Of a stretch of DNA of 64,000 nt, positions 36,929 through 49,860 are shown in pieces. This DNA comes from Octopus sinensis. Its lineage: Eukaryota. Each line of letters begins with the position of its first letter. Positions within the stretch are counted from its first letter, which is position 1. The position numbers were made by a program, and so were the translations under genes. The stretch covers positions 171,306,001 through 171,370,000 of the forward strand of contig NC_042997.1 of assembly GCF_006345805.1 (NCBI RefSeq), in the 5' to 3' direction. The notes beneath the pieces were generated by a model. That model saw nothing but the letters and a program-made list of their open reading frames with translations. It had not been told where the DNA came from and made no database searches.

Positions 36929-37320
36929 TAGGGGAAAAGTAAAAAGGATGCAAAGAAAATGCACATTAGGTATAAAAAACATAAAGGCTTTTTTTAAGAA
37001 GAGCAAAGATATATACATACAATTAGATGATTTGTGGTGGAATTATGAAGTATAAAATTCATTATTATGAATCGTTATAGAGATTCAAAGTCATATCTGT
37101 ATGGTCAGAGCTGATCACAGACTTTGAAAGTCAGTGATCAGCTCTGACGATACCAAAATGACTTTGAATCCCTATAACGATTCATAATAATCATTTTATA
37201 CTTCATAATTCCACCTCAAATCATCTAATTGTATGTATATATATCTTTGCTTTTCTTAAAAAAGGCCTTTATTTTTTATATCTAATGTGCATTTTTTATT
37301 TTATTTTTACTTTTCCCCTA
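36929..37320. repeat. ~390-bp imperfect palindrome (centre 37126) between (TA)n tracts
   Basis: Centre gacttt-g-aaagtc; arms end taggggaaaagt / acttttccccta. Confidence 0.9.
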
Positions 37321-37330
37321 TATATATATA

Positions 37331-37720
37331 ACTAGCAGTATTGCCCGGCGTTGCTCGGGTTTGTTTCGACCCTTTAGAACTGAAATTTTTGAAAAGTAAA
37401 TACTTTGCATTATGTAGCTTGTTATTCTCTTTAAGTGAACATTTTAATGGTTGAAATACACTGAAAAATGGCGACACAGCAGTCAAAAAATCGTAAAAAA
37501 TAGGGATTTTCATAGAAAAAAAGCACGTTTTTGATGTAAATAATTTTTGGTGTTAACATGGTCCGATTTGAATTTTTCTACAGAATGAAGAGCAAGCCTT
37601 CTTCTATCATACTCCCAATTTTGGTCAACTTACGCCACAGGGTCTCGGCGGAGATAGTGTTAGTTGAAGGCGACCAAATCTGCCATACACAGACAACTTC
37701 AGCTTTATATATAGAGAGAT
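37331..37720 (+). mobile_element. Non-autonomous Helitron-like element
   Basis: 5' actagcagtattgcccggcgttgctcggg with subterminal hairpin; 3' cagacaacttcagctttatatatagag; classification rests on resemblance only. Confidence 0.55.
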
Positions 37721-37784
37721 ATAAACCATTGGTTACTCATATATATATATGATCACGGTGATATATATATATCACCGTGACTGA

Positions 37785-38080
37785 CCAGGCTATCAGATGT
37801 TGCTACACATCGCTGGTCACAATGCACTTCGCATTGTCTTAGCCTTCAAATGACGCCACCCTGCTGGCTAAGCGAGAAGGCCAACAGAAGAAAGAGTGAG
37901 GGAAAGTTGTGGTGAAAGAGTACAGTAGGGATTGCCACCCCACCCCCTGCCAGAGCCTCGTGGAATATTTAGGTGTTTTCGCTCAATAAACACTCACACT
38001 GCCTGGTCTGGGAATCGAAACCGCGATCCTATGACCGCGAGTCTGCTGCCCTAACCGCTGGGCCATTGTGCCTCCACAAG
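37785..38080 (-). mobile_element. tRNA-derived SINE family B
   Basis: Reverse-strand head gtggaggcacaatggcccagcggttagggcagcagactcgcgg...gtttcgattccc. Confidence 0.85.
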
Positions 38081-38667
38081 CAGTAAAGGGTACAAGAATC
38101 CGGGCATTTCTAGGAAAGTTCTTCATTAGAGAGAGAATAATTTTTTTATGTTAATGATGTCACTAAGAACACAAGTATGATGCTCTCTTAATTGTTTATA
38201 ATTTTTCACCTCCTTGCTTAGCATGGCTTAGAATAAGTTTTTCATAGCTTCTTTTGTAATTTTAATTTATCCATCACATTTGAAAAGGAGTCAAATCTGT
38301 CACAAGGAGTGTGGTGTTTCATGGGAGAGGTGTTGAAAAGGACATTCATCATTGATAAGGACCAAAGCTGTGACAGATGAACTTTGACAAACTAATTAAT
38401 CAATTAGTTAATTAACAATTATTTAATTAATTGATAATAAAGCTGAAATAAAATACAACTAATGAATGCATTTTAATTGATAGCTTAACCTCCACCATAA
38501 AGTGCAACAATATTCGTTTCAGTGCTGGAATTCACATTCAGAATCTTCTAAAATAGATAATCGTTATTGGCCCAACCATACAGAAAATATATTCCTTGAT
38601 ACTATCTTTGCAATAAATGTTTTCTGCTATAATTGCTGAAATAACTGAAATAATATTTTTTGAATAA

Positions 38668-38980
<313 letters not shown>

Positions 38981-41056
38981 GGAGATGTACTCGCATAGCA
39001 AGTGATTTGATCTGAGATCGTGTGCTGAAACGAAAACAATTGCAGCGTGGAAGGTGTTTGTAAGCCATTTAAGAAACACACAAAAGCCGTTCGATTCACT
39101 TCAACATTTAAGTTTAATTTGCCAAAATATTTTCGGCGCTAAAATCCGCGACCTGTTCACTGATAAAAATCCGTGCTGCATACATATTCCGTGATTGTTA
39201 CCTACATCACCTCACTGGCATTTAAATGAGGTCGTTGCCAGTGCCACTGGACTGGCTCCTGTGCAGGTGGCACATAAAAAGCACTATTTGACCGTGGCCG
39301 CTGCCAGTGCTGCCTAACTGGCCCTCGTACCGGTGTAAAAGCACCCACTACACTCTCGGAGTGGTTGGTGTTAGGAAGGGCATCCAGCCGTAGGAATTCT
39401 GCCAGATCAGATTGGAGTCTAGTGCAGCCATCTGGTTTGCCAGGTTTCAGTCAAATCATCCAACCCATGCTAGTATGGAAAACAGACGTTAAACGATGAT
39501 GATGATGATATATATATGTATATATATATATATATATATAGGCGAGTTAAATTAGAGGCTATAAAAACCGTCTAAGGGATACTTGTATCCAATGAATTAA
39601 CTGGTGTTTTACCTAAAGGTTTTCAGAGGGATAGCATGTAACATATTGGAATATCCTTACTTTTTTTCTTTCTTTTTCTTTACTTTTCTGCTCTGATGAA
39701 GTCCCACTATTTAAGTTGGCTTAATTAATTATTTACAATAATAATAATTATTATTATTGTAGTAATTAGGCCTGATTATGCCCTAAATAGCCTCAACAAA
39801 AACAGGTGTCAGATGAGATAATGTGTCTTTTTTATAATCAATGAATAATAATTGATGTTTGTCAATTATCAATTTTATCTCCACTTTCTTATTTTCCTTA
39901 TGTGTGTGTGTGTGTGTATTACTTATCTAGGACTAAATCAGCAAATGTGGATAATTTGAAGGAATTTAGGTACTAGTTCTTGCAGATCAGGTGATCATAT
40001 AACAGCTTTTCCATTGGCTTCTATGAATTACCCCCATCATTTTAAAAAGGTAGGAAGGACATCTTGGATATTGTAGTGCCAGTAGATACACTGTATTTGA
40101 AATAAAAAAGATTGGAAAGTTATACCTGAAAAGTCTTTAATCATTGGACAATATGTAATAATAGATTCTTTTATACTGTGTTCAGCACCTGCAAGGAGAC
40201 TCTACACTGTTATTTGATATTCAAGAAATAACTACCAAATCTCTCTTCAACCAGAAAGCTGAAGTTGTATGTTATTGGCACACTGGCTTTCTCTCCAATT
40301 TCATAGTGCTCTTGTAGCAACCAGCCACACAGGCAGCATGACTTCCAGTGTCTGCTCACTGGATAAGGAAATTATAAACTGTCTCAAGAAAGCCATGTGT
40401 AACCTTTTGGAAGACACACAAAAAATTTAAGTAATTATTTCTCCCTCCATTCCAAGATCCTTGTCTATCAGGCAAGCCTATGCTTCTATTCCTTTGAATT
40501 GGTGCAAGACATGAATCGTACTCTACAGCTGGATGCCCTTCATAATACTAGTGCTATACAGTGTGTACTAGGTGCTGTTTTTCGTGCCTCTGGCACTAGC
40601 GTGGTGAACAAGTAACTTGCAAGAGAGGAAGAGAACAAAGGAAAAGAAAAGCCCACTTTACAAAGTGATTGACTATTTGAGAAAGGGGAGGTAGATTTAT
40701 GCAAAGTATTGGGAGGTAAAAGTATGAGAGATGGACGAGCATGCGTATCTTACTCTAGAGGAGATACGTGACGACTCCACATTATATAAAGGAGGGCAAG
40801 AGGAGCTGTGAAGAAGTAATGATGGGGTGCTGGAAAAAACCTTAAGGGAGCAAGGAGAGCAAAGCTTATTGAAGTATAACTTTGAGTTGCACATTACTGA
40901 TTATTCAAATGATTGAATAAATTAAATGGTATTTTGAAATTATGAAACTCAAGAGCTATAATTCAAGAAGGTTCAGCTTATATATGTGTGTGCGTTCATG
41001 CGTGTGTGTGTGTATGTAAATACACACACACGTACAGACAGACAGATACACACACA

Positions 41057-41108
<52 letters not shown>

Positions 41109-41364
41109 ATCTTTTATCACACAGCATATTCCATAATGGATTCACAGCATCATGCATAATGAACAGCATAATTAATCACCACTGCTGCTGTTCTTGCTTA
41201 TGTTCAATACATTGATCAATATATTGATCTTCCCCAGTGGTTTGCTATTATTCCTGGCATTTTCCTGGTGAACAAACTTACAAACTATCTATCTACCTGT
41301 GTACATGTTTCTCAGTTTGTTAATCTATCTGCCTCTCTGTATGTCTGTCCATTCATCCATCTAG

Positions 41365-41373
41365 CTATCTATG

Positions 41374-41410
<37 letters not shown>

Positions 41411-41638
41411 ATCTATCTTTTTTATTTTTTATTTTATTTATTTATTTATTTTTTTTGTTTGTTTTGTTCTTTTCTTCTCTTTTATGATCCCTCTTGATCG
41501 AAAACCTACGCCCCTCCTTTTTTTGTTTCTTTTGTTTTTTTCATCCCCCAAAAGAAAAGCTCTACCTTGTAACTTGTCCCATCTGTGTGCAGCCCTGTGT
41601 GGCCAATAAAGAAGCTTATCTATCTATCTATTTATCTA

Positions 41639-41669
<31 letters not shown>

Positions 41670-41714
41670 ATCTATCTATCTGTCTATCTATCTATCTATC
41701 TATATCTATCTATC
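41365..41714. repeat. (TATC)n microsatellite split by a truncated Tx1 copy (41365-41418 and 41617-41714)
   Basis: Direct inspection. Confidence 0.92.
41419..41616 (+). mobile_element. Severely 5'-truncated copy of the Tx1-like LINE (3' UTR only)
   Basis: ttttatgatcc..gatcgaaaacctacgcc...aaaagaaaagctctaccttgtaa...tgtggccaataaagaa matches about 47525-47657. Confidence 0.9.
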
Positions 41715-41929
41715 TCGACACGGACGGACGCTAGTCAAATCGGCTCCACGTAAGTTGGCCACTTTTACATGTTTAAAACTCCTCGTTGTCAAATATTTTG
41801 TTTTAATCGTTGTGCAAGTTCATTCACTAAAAAACCTGAGAATTATTCACGTAGAATTCCGCTCCTGTATGGGCGAAATTACCAAAAACTTTCAAAACTT
41901 TCGTGGGTTTCTTTTAGCCATTTTTCATT

Positions 41930-42040
41930 TTGAAAATGGCAACTAGAAACCACGTGGCTAGCCCGCTAGTCATGCGGAACGGTAGCGAAACACTATTGCT
42001 ACCACTAGCTGCTAAACCTCGCAGCTTGAACACCGCTGTC

Positions 42041-42072
<32 letters not shown>

Positions 42073-43792
42073 CAGCAAAACTAACGTCGCAAGACTATTC
42101 ACCATCGCCGCGACCAAAGACATTAACTTAGATTTCCCCCCACTCCCTACACCACTTGTCGATGATAAAAGGACGGAGAAAGGGATTTCAAAAACGAATA
42201 CAGACGAAAACATGAATGCCAGCACCACCACCATCACCACCACCACCAACAACAAAATCAGCACAAAGTCGCCTACCAAAGACAACACCGCCAACACCAA
42301 CACCACTACCACAACTTCAACTGCTACAACTAACCCTTCTCGCGGATGCGACAAAATAAAAACGAACAATCGTAAAATTCACCACACAGGAAATAAACCA
42401 AACAAAAACACTCTCCACCAAAGAAGGAGATAAATTGCATCTTCACATTCCACAACATATCGTGGAAAACACACAAAAATACAATAACCTACAAAGTAAT
42501 AAACAAGAAAACAAGCCGACCAGAAAATGCACCGCAGGAAAAAATTGAAAAATGCCTTCGTCCTGCATGGGACTCCAAGGAGTATATCAGTTGGGGAAAT
42601 AAATTTGGCACAGTCCAAGTACGTTTCCTCAACGAAAATTTAGCAAAACGATTTTCCACATTGGAGCTGCATTCAGACGACTTGGTAATGATACCAATCT
42701 ATTTAAACCAGAGAGTGACGAAAGTCCAAATAAAAAATGTACCCCCTGAAGTCGAAACAATGGTTAGTCTCTGCCATCTGCTTTGAAATGGCAGAGACAA
42801 ACATCCTTGAAATCGCTGTTCTAGGACAGAAAGACTATGTGGGAAAATCAATCTAATTCCTTCTTCAATTGGATGAAACAACAAGAGAAAAAATACCCAC
42901 CACTATAGAACTGCCAGGAGGCTACAAACTTCATGCAGTGGTAGAGGGCAGGCAACCACGTTGCTATTTGTGTGGAAGCAAAACACACTTGAAAAAGACG
43001 TACCCAACCACTCCACACCAAGAGCAACAACAACAACCACTACCACAACCAAAACACTCCGGAAAAAAAGCTCTACTACCCACACCACCATCAACACAGA
43101 AGACGACAAGAGAAGCACACCAAGCTAATCCGTCAACAACCAAAAATTACTCAACACCTGAGAAAATACCAACACCATCAAGATCCAAAGGAATGGAAAA
43201 ACAAAGAAAATACACAAAAACTGATTCCCCATCCCTTATACTGCACTCACCACACACAAACAATCAACAACCAACAGCACAAACACTTACACAGACATAC
43301 ATAGAAGCCTACAACATACCCCTACCCCCTACTGATTCCTCAGAAAATTCGTTGGAAGACGAAACCAGTGAGGAATAGCAAATAGCTAGAAAAAGAAGGA
43401 AAATAAAGAGTAGAAACACAAACAAAGCAGGGGGAAATACATCTCCTGAAGACATTTCAAAACCCAACACAAACAACAGCCACACCAACACCACAAAAAT
43501 ATATACAGCAAACATGCTCACAGCTATAGACACCAAAAACACAAATTTGATGCAATACATCAAATCAAAAACAAACATAACAGAAGATGACATAAAAACA
43601 AACAATCACCCATACACAAAACCACCAGACCACATCAAAATATTACACATCTCCAAAAGTCTGCACCACACACTCAAAGGCATTTTTCCCAGTGCGGTTG
43701 GTAAATGCCAAAAATATCTCACAAAGAAACTGTACTGGGATCTCCTCGAGGACAAACCAAAGGAGGAGAAAGCAAAAACTTTTGAGCAGTAA
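41930..43792 (+). pseudogene. Tx1 ORF1 (low-complexity N-terminus, putative RRM-like region, degenerate zinc knuckle), with frameshifts and stops
   Basis: Pieces 41930-42433, about 42435-42770, 42869-43378 (VEGRQPRCYLCGSKTHLKK) and 43514-43792. Confidence 0.75.
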
Positions 43793-43837
43793 GTAAACCC
43801 TCTGTTCCTTTCACTTGTATTCTAATTCATTAGGATT

Positions 43838-46800
43838 ATGATCAAGATTGGTTGTGTAAATGCGCGTGGCTTGGGGTTCCCTTGGAAACAAGGGTACCTC
43901 TTAAATGACATAAAGTCACATAAGTTAGAAATCATAGCCATAAGTGAGACCAGACTCCACAATCCGCGGGCCCTAAAGACCATGTTTGGAGGACAGTTCA
44001 ACATTTATTTTTCCCCCTGTTTGCCGAGGATGGGCGGTAGTGGCACCGCGGTACTTTTTCGCAAGAGTCTGGATCTCAAAGTAAAGACAATATTCATAGA
44101 CCCGGAGGGTAGACTGGTCGTCCTGGATGTCGACGGCAGCAATGGGTGCGCTTTTCGACTCGTATCAGTCTACGCACCGCCCTTAACAGGTCAGGTGGAT
44201 TTCTTTCAACGTCTAGAAATATTCTTGGGAATATCTCGTCCTTTACTCTTAGTGGGGGATTGGAATGTTACCTTGGACACGCATGTAGACTACGTGGGTA
44301 GAGATAGGAATAGACGGGGATGCAAATGCCTCAGAGACCTGCTCAGACGCTTTCAACTGTCTGACAGGTTCCGACTAGACCACCCGAATGCGCCAACGTG
44401 GACATGGAGCAACCGCATCGGGTCGGCGAGATCGTATCTAGATAGGATACTGTGTAGGACAGTAGATAGAGATAGCATAGGATGTCCACAATTCCACATA
44501 GTCAGCTACACGGATCACAAACTTGTGACATGTACGCTAGACTTAGATAAGGCACTTAGGCAGGGTTCCGGATACTGGAAATTAAACGCGTCTTTCCCAT
44601 CGAGACAGGTTTTCAGAGACCGGATTAGCACACTAATAAAGAGGGCTTTGACGGGAGCCATCATCAACAACAAATGGTGGTTTGCCCTCAAGAGAGCAGT
44701 AAACGCAGAAGCGATTAGGTACAGCAAAGCACTAGCCATAGATAGAAATAGAGTAGAGGGTGAGCTAGTTAAGAAGCTAGAAGAGGCAATTAGAAGCGGC
44801 ATCGCATCCGACGTTTTGGCGGCGAGGTTCGCCCTCGACCAACACTTCAACGCCTAACACGAAGGGTGTGCTGTCAGGGCTAGGATGCGTGCTCTAAGGA
44901 ACGAAGTTGTTGGAGCCGCGAGAGAGGCCCGGGTGGCAGAGGCGCAACAGGGCAACAAAGCCACCATTCAGTCTCTGGTAGATGAACAGGGGCGCGAATT
45001 GATCGAGCCAAGTAAAATGTGTGAGGCCTTTCAACAGCATTTTTCCCAACTCTTTGGGACGAGTGGCGGGCAAGAACGTAGGGTGGACTTCAGTACCTAC
45101 CTACACAGCCTACCATGACTCTCGACAAGAGAGGCAGGGTGCTGCGAAGGTACCATCACGGCGGCGGAAGTGCAGGACGCGATGGCAGAATGCTCGAGGG
45201 ACAAATCACCGGGTTTGGATGGTCTACCCTACGAGCTTTACAATTGTATGCCAGACTTGTTTGGAGACGTCTTGGCAGCGGTGTACTGCAACTGGCAGCA
45301 AAACGGGAGCATTCCTGGTTTTGTGAGCCGAGGAGCCGTAACACTGCTGAAGAAAGATCTAAACAAGGGAAATGTAATAGATAACTTTAGGCCCATCACT
45401 CTGCTTAATGCAGACTTGAAAATTTTGGCCAAGGTGCTAGCCAAGAGGTTGGAACTTGTCATCGAGAAACTGGTCGACAAGGCGCAAACATGTGCCGTGC
45501 CGGGCTGGACCATCCATGACAACTTCCACCTGATGCGCTACATCATAGACAGGGTAGTTAATGAACCTGGCATGGGTGGGGCGCTGATCAATTTGGATCA
45601 ATCGAAAGCTTTCGATAGGGTGGACCATCGATACTTAGAGGCAGTCCTGAGAGCGGCTGGTTTCGGTCCCATCTTCCGCGGCTGGATAGCCGCTTTGTAC
45701 AGAGGCATCCATTCGGTAATTCGCGTAAATGGACATCTATCGAGACCTTTCGACATCGCACGTTCGGTCCGTCAGGGATGCCCCCTCTTGTCGCTTCTAT
45801 ACGTATTGATTCTCGAGCCATGATTGCGGAAGCTGGCAACTTTGAGGGGCATCCCGTGAGAACTGGGATGCGGGACGAGCATGTCTGCATACGCGGACGA
45901 CGTCACCGTCATAGTGTCTAGCCACTAGCACATCGAGCAGGTCGGCGAGACACTGAAAGACTACGAAGCGGTGACAGGAGTGAAAATCAACCGGGAAAAG
46001 TCAGTGGGCTTGCGACTAGGCAACTGGAGAAGCAAGCCCATGCCGTCCACCAGCGCCTCCGTCGTGGGACGCTGGACTGACGGCCCGGTCGAGTTGCTCG
46101 GGGTCTGGTTCGGTCCAGACCTCCAAGTGGAGAAGAACTGGAACGAGATAACAAGTAGGGTGGTCACTCTCGCCCGGCAATGGGCCGAGAGGAAACTGTC
46201 CCTAAAAGGTCGGGCGGAGGTGGCGAACACGTACATCGCATCCGTCATCTACTACCGCCTGACCGTCGTGCCTTGTCCCGACCCTACCATCACCAAACTA
46301 GAACGCACTCTCTTTTGCTTCTTGTGGAAAGGATGCGTCCCGTTGGTCAGGCGATCCATTTGCTGTCAACACCCGTTAAAAGGAGGACTGGGCATGCCGT
46401 GGTTGATGATGCGCAGACGCGCGCTGAGACTGCGACATCTCAGGCTCTTCGTAGACGACGGTGAACAGGTGTGGTCGCCGTTTGTGAGGCACGCTTTCCC
46501 GCAGCTCGTCTCCATGACTGAACTGCAGTCGTGGATCAAAAAGAGGCTGAGGAAGGGCGAATGGCACCGCGAGTGTCGCGTTGCTCTCAGGCAACTCTGC
46601 TGTCCTGGGTCGACCTTGAGTGACTCCATCACAAGCAAAGCATTCTATAGGGGATTAGTGGAGGGGAGGTACGACGACGAGCTCGGGGTGAACCTGGACG
46701 TCGACGAGGAATACCTAACCCGCCTGTTTGAGACGACTTTCGGGCCAGGGACCATGGACAACTTCCAGAGATCCCTGGCCAGGCAGTGCTACCGAGAAGC

Positions 46801-47275
46801 GCTACCCGTTTGGGATAAGCTCTACAGACATGGCTCGAGAAACACGGGGCCGACCTGCCCGAGATGCGGGCAGAGCGACGAAACCGTTCCGCACACACTC
46901 GTGCAGTGTCCAACAATTTCTGACCTGTGGGCTTATGTCGAACAACTGCTGTCACGTGTGGGACGAATCGGTCTATCAGCTGAGTCTATCGTCAATATTG
47001 TCACGCCTCCTTCCTTCAAACGGGAAGGAAGAGCTATTTTCATCATCCTTGTGGCTATTGCGAAGGAATGTATCTGGTGGACGCGTCTGAAAGGATTGGA
47101 GACAAACACTTTCCTCTCTGGTCAATCTCTCATCAACTTCTTCAAGTACCACTTGAAAAGGAAAGTGAGAGTAGAGAGGCAAGTTTTGTCTAGCGAATGT
47201 TTTAAAAAAAGATGGGTGAATGTAGCAAGGATGGCACGTATGAATGACGAAGCCACCTTGAGCATAATCCTATGA
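43838..47275 (+). pseudogene. Tx1 ORF2: AP endonuclease + reverse transcriptase + C-terminal CCHC finger; five nonsense codons, no frameshift
   Basis: IGCVNARGL, ISETRL, GDWN, SYLDRI, TDHK (APE); KSPGLDGL, FRPITLLN, DQSKAFDRVDH, VRQGCPL, YADD at 45890-45901; CPRCGQSDETVPHTLVQC; stops at 44855, 45116, 45821, 45857, 45926, all in one frame. Confidence 0.95.
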
Positions 47276-48348
47276 ACCCAGAAATTGAAAACAGAGGGTT
47301 ACCCACTTGCAAACAAATGTGGTAACTCATAACAATATTGACCGAGGTTACCGTGGTCTTTTTCGTAGGCTTTTCTTCCCACAGATAAACCTTTTCTGCT
47401 TTCCCTTTACACCGTACACCATGACACTGTGATACATGATCCCTATTGATCGTTTTTTTTCCTCTCCCCCTTTTTTCCTCTTTTTTCTTCTTTTTCTTTT
47501 TCTTTTTTTTTTTTTCTTTTTCCCCTTTTATGATCCCTTTTGATCGAAAAAACCTACGCCACTTTTTTTGTTTCTTTTTTTTTTTTCATCCCACAAAAGA
47601 AAAGCTCTACCTTGTAATCTGTCCCGTGTGCAGTCCTCTGTGGCCAATAAAGAAACTTATCTATCTATCTATCTATTTATCTCTCTCTCTCTCTCTCTCT
47701 CTCTATCCAGTCCAGTCCAGTCCAGTGCAGTCCAGTCAGGCATTGACCCATCTGTCTGTTTGTTCTTTCAGGAAATAATAATGGTATACTTGTTGTTTCT
47801 GAAATGTGTATGTACAGAGAGTTGTGTAAATGGTTATTGTTTGAATATATTTGTTCAAGTATTTTGGAAAGCACTTTGCTTTCATCACTGTCTGATGGCA
47901 CCTACACATGCTGAAAAAAACTAATTATTTGTGATTAGCGTACATCAGTTCAACTGATTTTCAAACTGTGAACATCTCAAATTTCATCTTGCATGTTCAC
48001 CCAATTTTTAGATAATTGTAGTGTTTTTTTTTTTTATTAAGAAGCTTGCTTCCCAACTATATGGTCTCAGGTTCAGTTCCATTGTATGGTATCTTAGGAG
48101 AGTATGTGGCTCATCGTGTATATATCATCATCATCATCATCATCATTTATCGTCCATTGTCCATGTTGGCATGGTTTGGACGGTTTGACCAGGGCTGGTA
48201 AACTGAGGGACTGCACCAGACACCATGGTTTCTACTGCTGGATGCCCTTCCTATCACCAACCACTTTGAGAGTGTAAGGAGTGCTTTTACATATCACTAG
48301 CTCGGGTACAGGTTGCATGATACCACTAACTGTCACAACTTATATATA

Positions 48349-48420
<72 letters not shown>

Positions 48421-48537
48421 TCATAAATGAGGATGAAAAATTAGATATTAATTTAATAATACCATCAGTTTAACACCAAGTGGCCTAGCATATAAAAACC
48501 AGGCAGACAGTACAAATTTATACGTAAATATAAGAGA

Positions 48538-48773
48538 GTTACCGTTAAGTGGTTAACTCTAGTGCTAGAAATAGCTCCTTGTTCTGGTATAGCCACCGAA
48601 GTTGTTTCCACAAAAGAAATAACATTACCTTCAACGTAAGGAAAGCGAAATACAACGAAAAGATGCTTTCCTTACGTTGAAGGTAATGTTATTTCTTTTG
48701 TGGAAACAACTTCGGTGGCTATACCAGAATAAGGAGCTATTTCTAGCACTAGAGTTAACCACTTAACGGTAAC
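48538..48773. repeat. Inverted repeat, 109-bp arms (one mismatch) and 18-bp spacer
   Basis: gttaccgttaagtgg...aaggaaagc versus gctttcctt...ccacttaacggtaac. Confidence 0.93.
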
Positions 48774-48775
48774 AT

Positions 48776-49040
48776 ATTTGTGTTTGGGGAGTCATTTTCT
48801 TTTCATGCCTTATAATTTAACACACTCACTGCTAAAATTTCCACTTATTTCTTATTTTTATTTTCCTGAAATTTTCGTTGTGTCTTGCAACGTTTTCAAT
48901 AGTCAAGACTATTGAAAAGGTTGCAAGATGCAACGAAAATAAAAATAAGAAATAAGTGGAAATTTTACCGGTGAGTGTGTTAAATTATAAGGCATGAAAA
49001 GAAAATGACTCCCCAGACACAACAGAATATGCTCCAACAC
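48776..49040. repeat. Palindromic element (centre 48905-48906), family shared with 1-225
   Basis: Centre caatagtc-aa-gactattg; arms ggggagtcattttc / gaaaatgactcccc. Confidence 0.88.
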
Positions 49041-49079
49041 ATAAACTCATATAAAGAATCTTACAAACCAAATCCAAAA

Positions 49080-49114
<35 letters not shown>

Positions 49115-49115
<1 letters not shown>

Positions 49116-49860
49116 TATAATAGATGCAGCCATGGTTGTGTGGTAAGAAGCTTGCTTCTGGGTTCAGCCCCACTGCATTGTACCTTCAACAAGTGTCTTC
49201 TAGTATAGCCTTGGGCTGACAAAAGCCTTATGAGTGTATTTATATATATATATATATAGGTGCCAGATGAGGCTGGCAAACATGGCCGTTTGTCAGCCTC
49301 ATCTGGCACCTGTGTCGGTGGCACATAAAAACACCATCTGAGTGTGGCCGTCTGCCAGCCTCGTCTGGCACCTGTGTCGGTGGCACATAAAAAAAACACC
49401 ATCCGAGCGTGGTCGTTCACCAGCCTCGTCTGGCACCTGTGTCGGTGGCACATAAAATCACCCACTACACTCTCGGAGTGGTTGGCGTTAGGAAGGGCAT
49501 CCAGCTGTAGAAACACTGCCAGATCTGACTGGCCTGGTGCAGCCTTCAGGCTCCCCAGACCCCAGTTGAACCGTCCAACCCATGCTAGCATGGAAAGCGA
49601 ACGTTAAATGATGATGATATGATGATGATATATATAACGTGTGTGTATGTTTGTGTGTCTGTGTTTGTCCCCCCCCAACATCACTTGACAACTGATGCTG
49701 GTGTGTTTACATCCCTGTAACTTAGCAGTTCAGCAAAAGAGAGCGATAGAATAAGTACTAGGCTTACAAAGAATAAGTCCTAGGGACGATTTGTTTGACT
49801 AAAGGCAGTGCTCCAGCATGGCCACAGTCAAATGACTGAAAGAAGTAAAAGAGTATAGTA
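49115..49860 (+). mobile_element. SINE family C interrupted by an RTE 3' tail (49258-49625) carrying the 59-bp subrepeats
   Basis: Family C head at about 49125, tail at 49630-49860; the insert mirrors 25035-25380. Confidence 0.78.

Larger units (their letters stand above)
41715..47657 (+). mobile_element. Near full-length Tx1/L1-clade non-LTR retrotransposon (~5.9 kb) in (TATC)n
   Basis: ORF1 plus ORF2 (APE-RT-zinc finger); T-rich 3' UTR; AATAAA at 47646-47651 directly before (TATC)n; (TATC)n also at the 5' junction. Confidence 0.93.

Noticed and set aside
37143-37175. CUGACGA motif in the palindrome (similar partial cores at ~39690, ~39135-39165, ~53345-53375)
   Set aside because: Missing or badly degenerate GAAA, core or stems; cannot be called ribozymes
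44515-47182. Antisense and alternate-frame ORFs over Tx1 ORF2
   Set aside because: Expected shadow ORFs in GC-richer coding sequence
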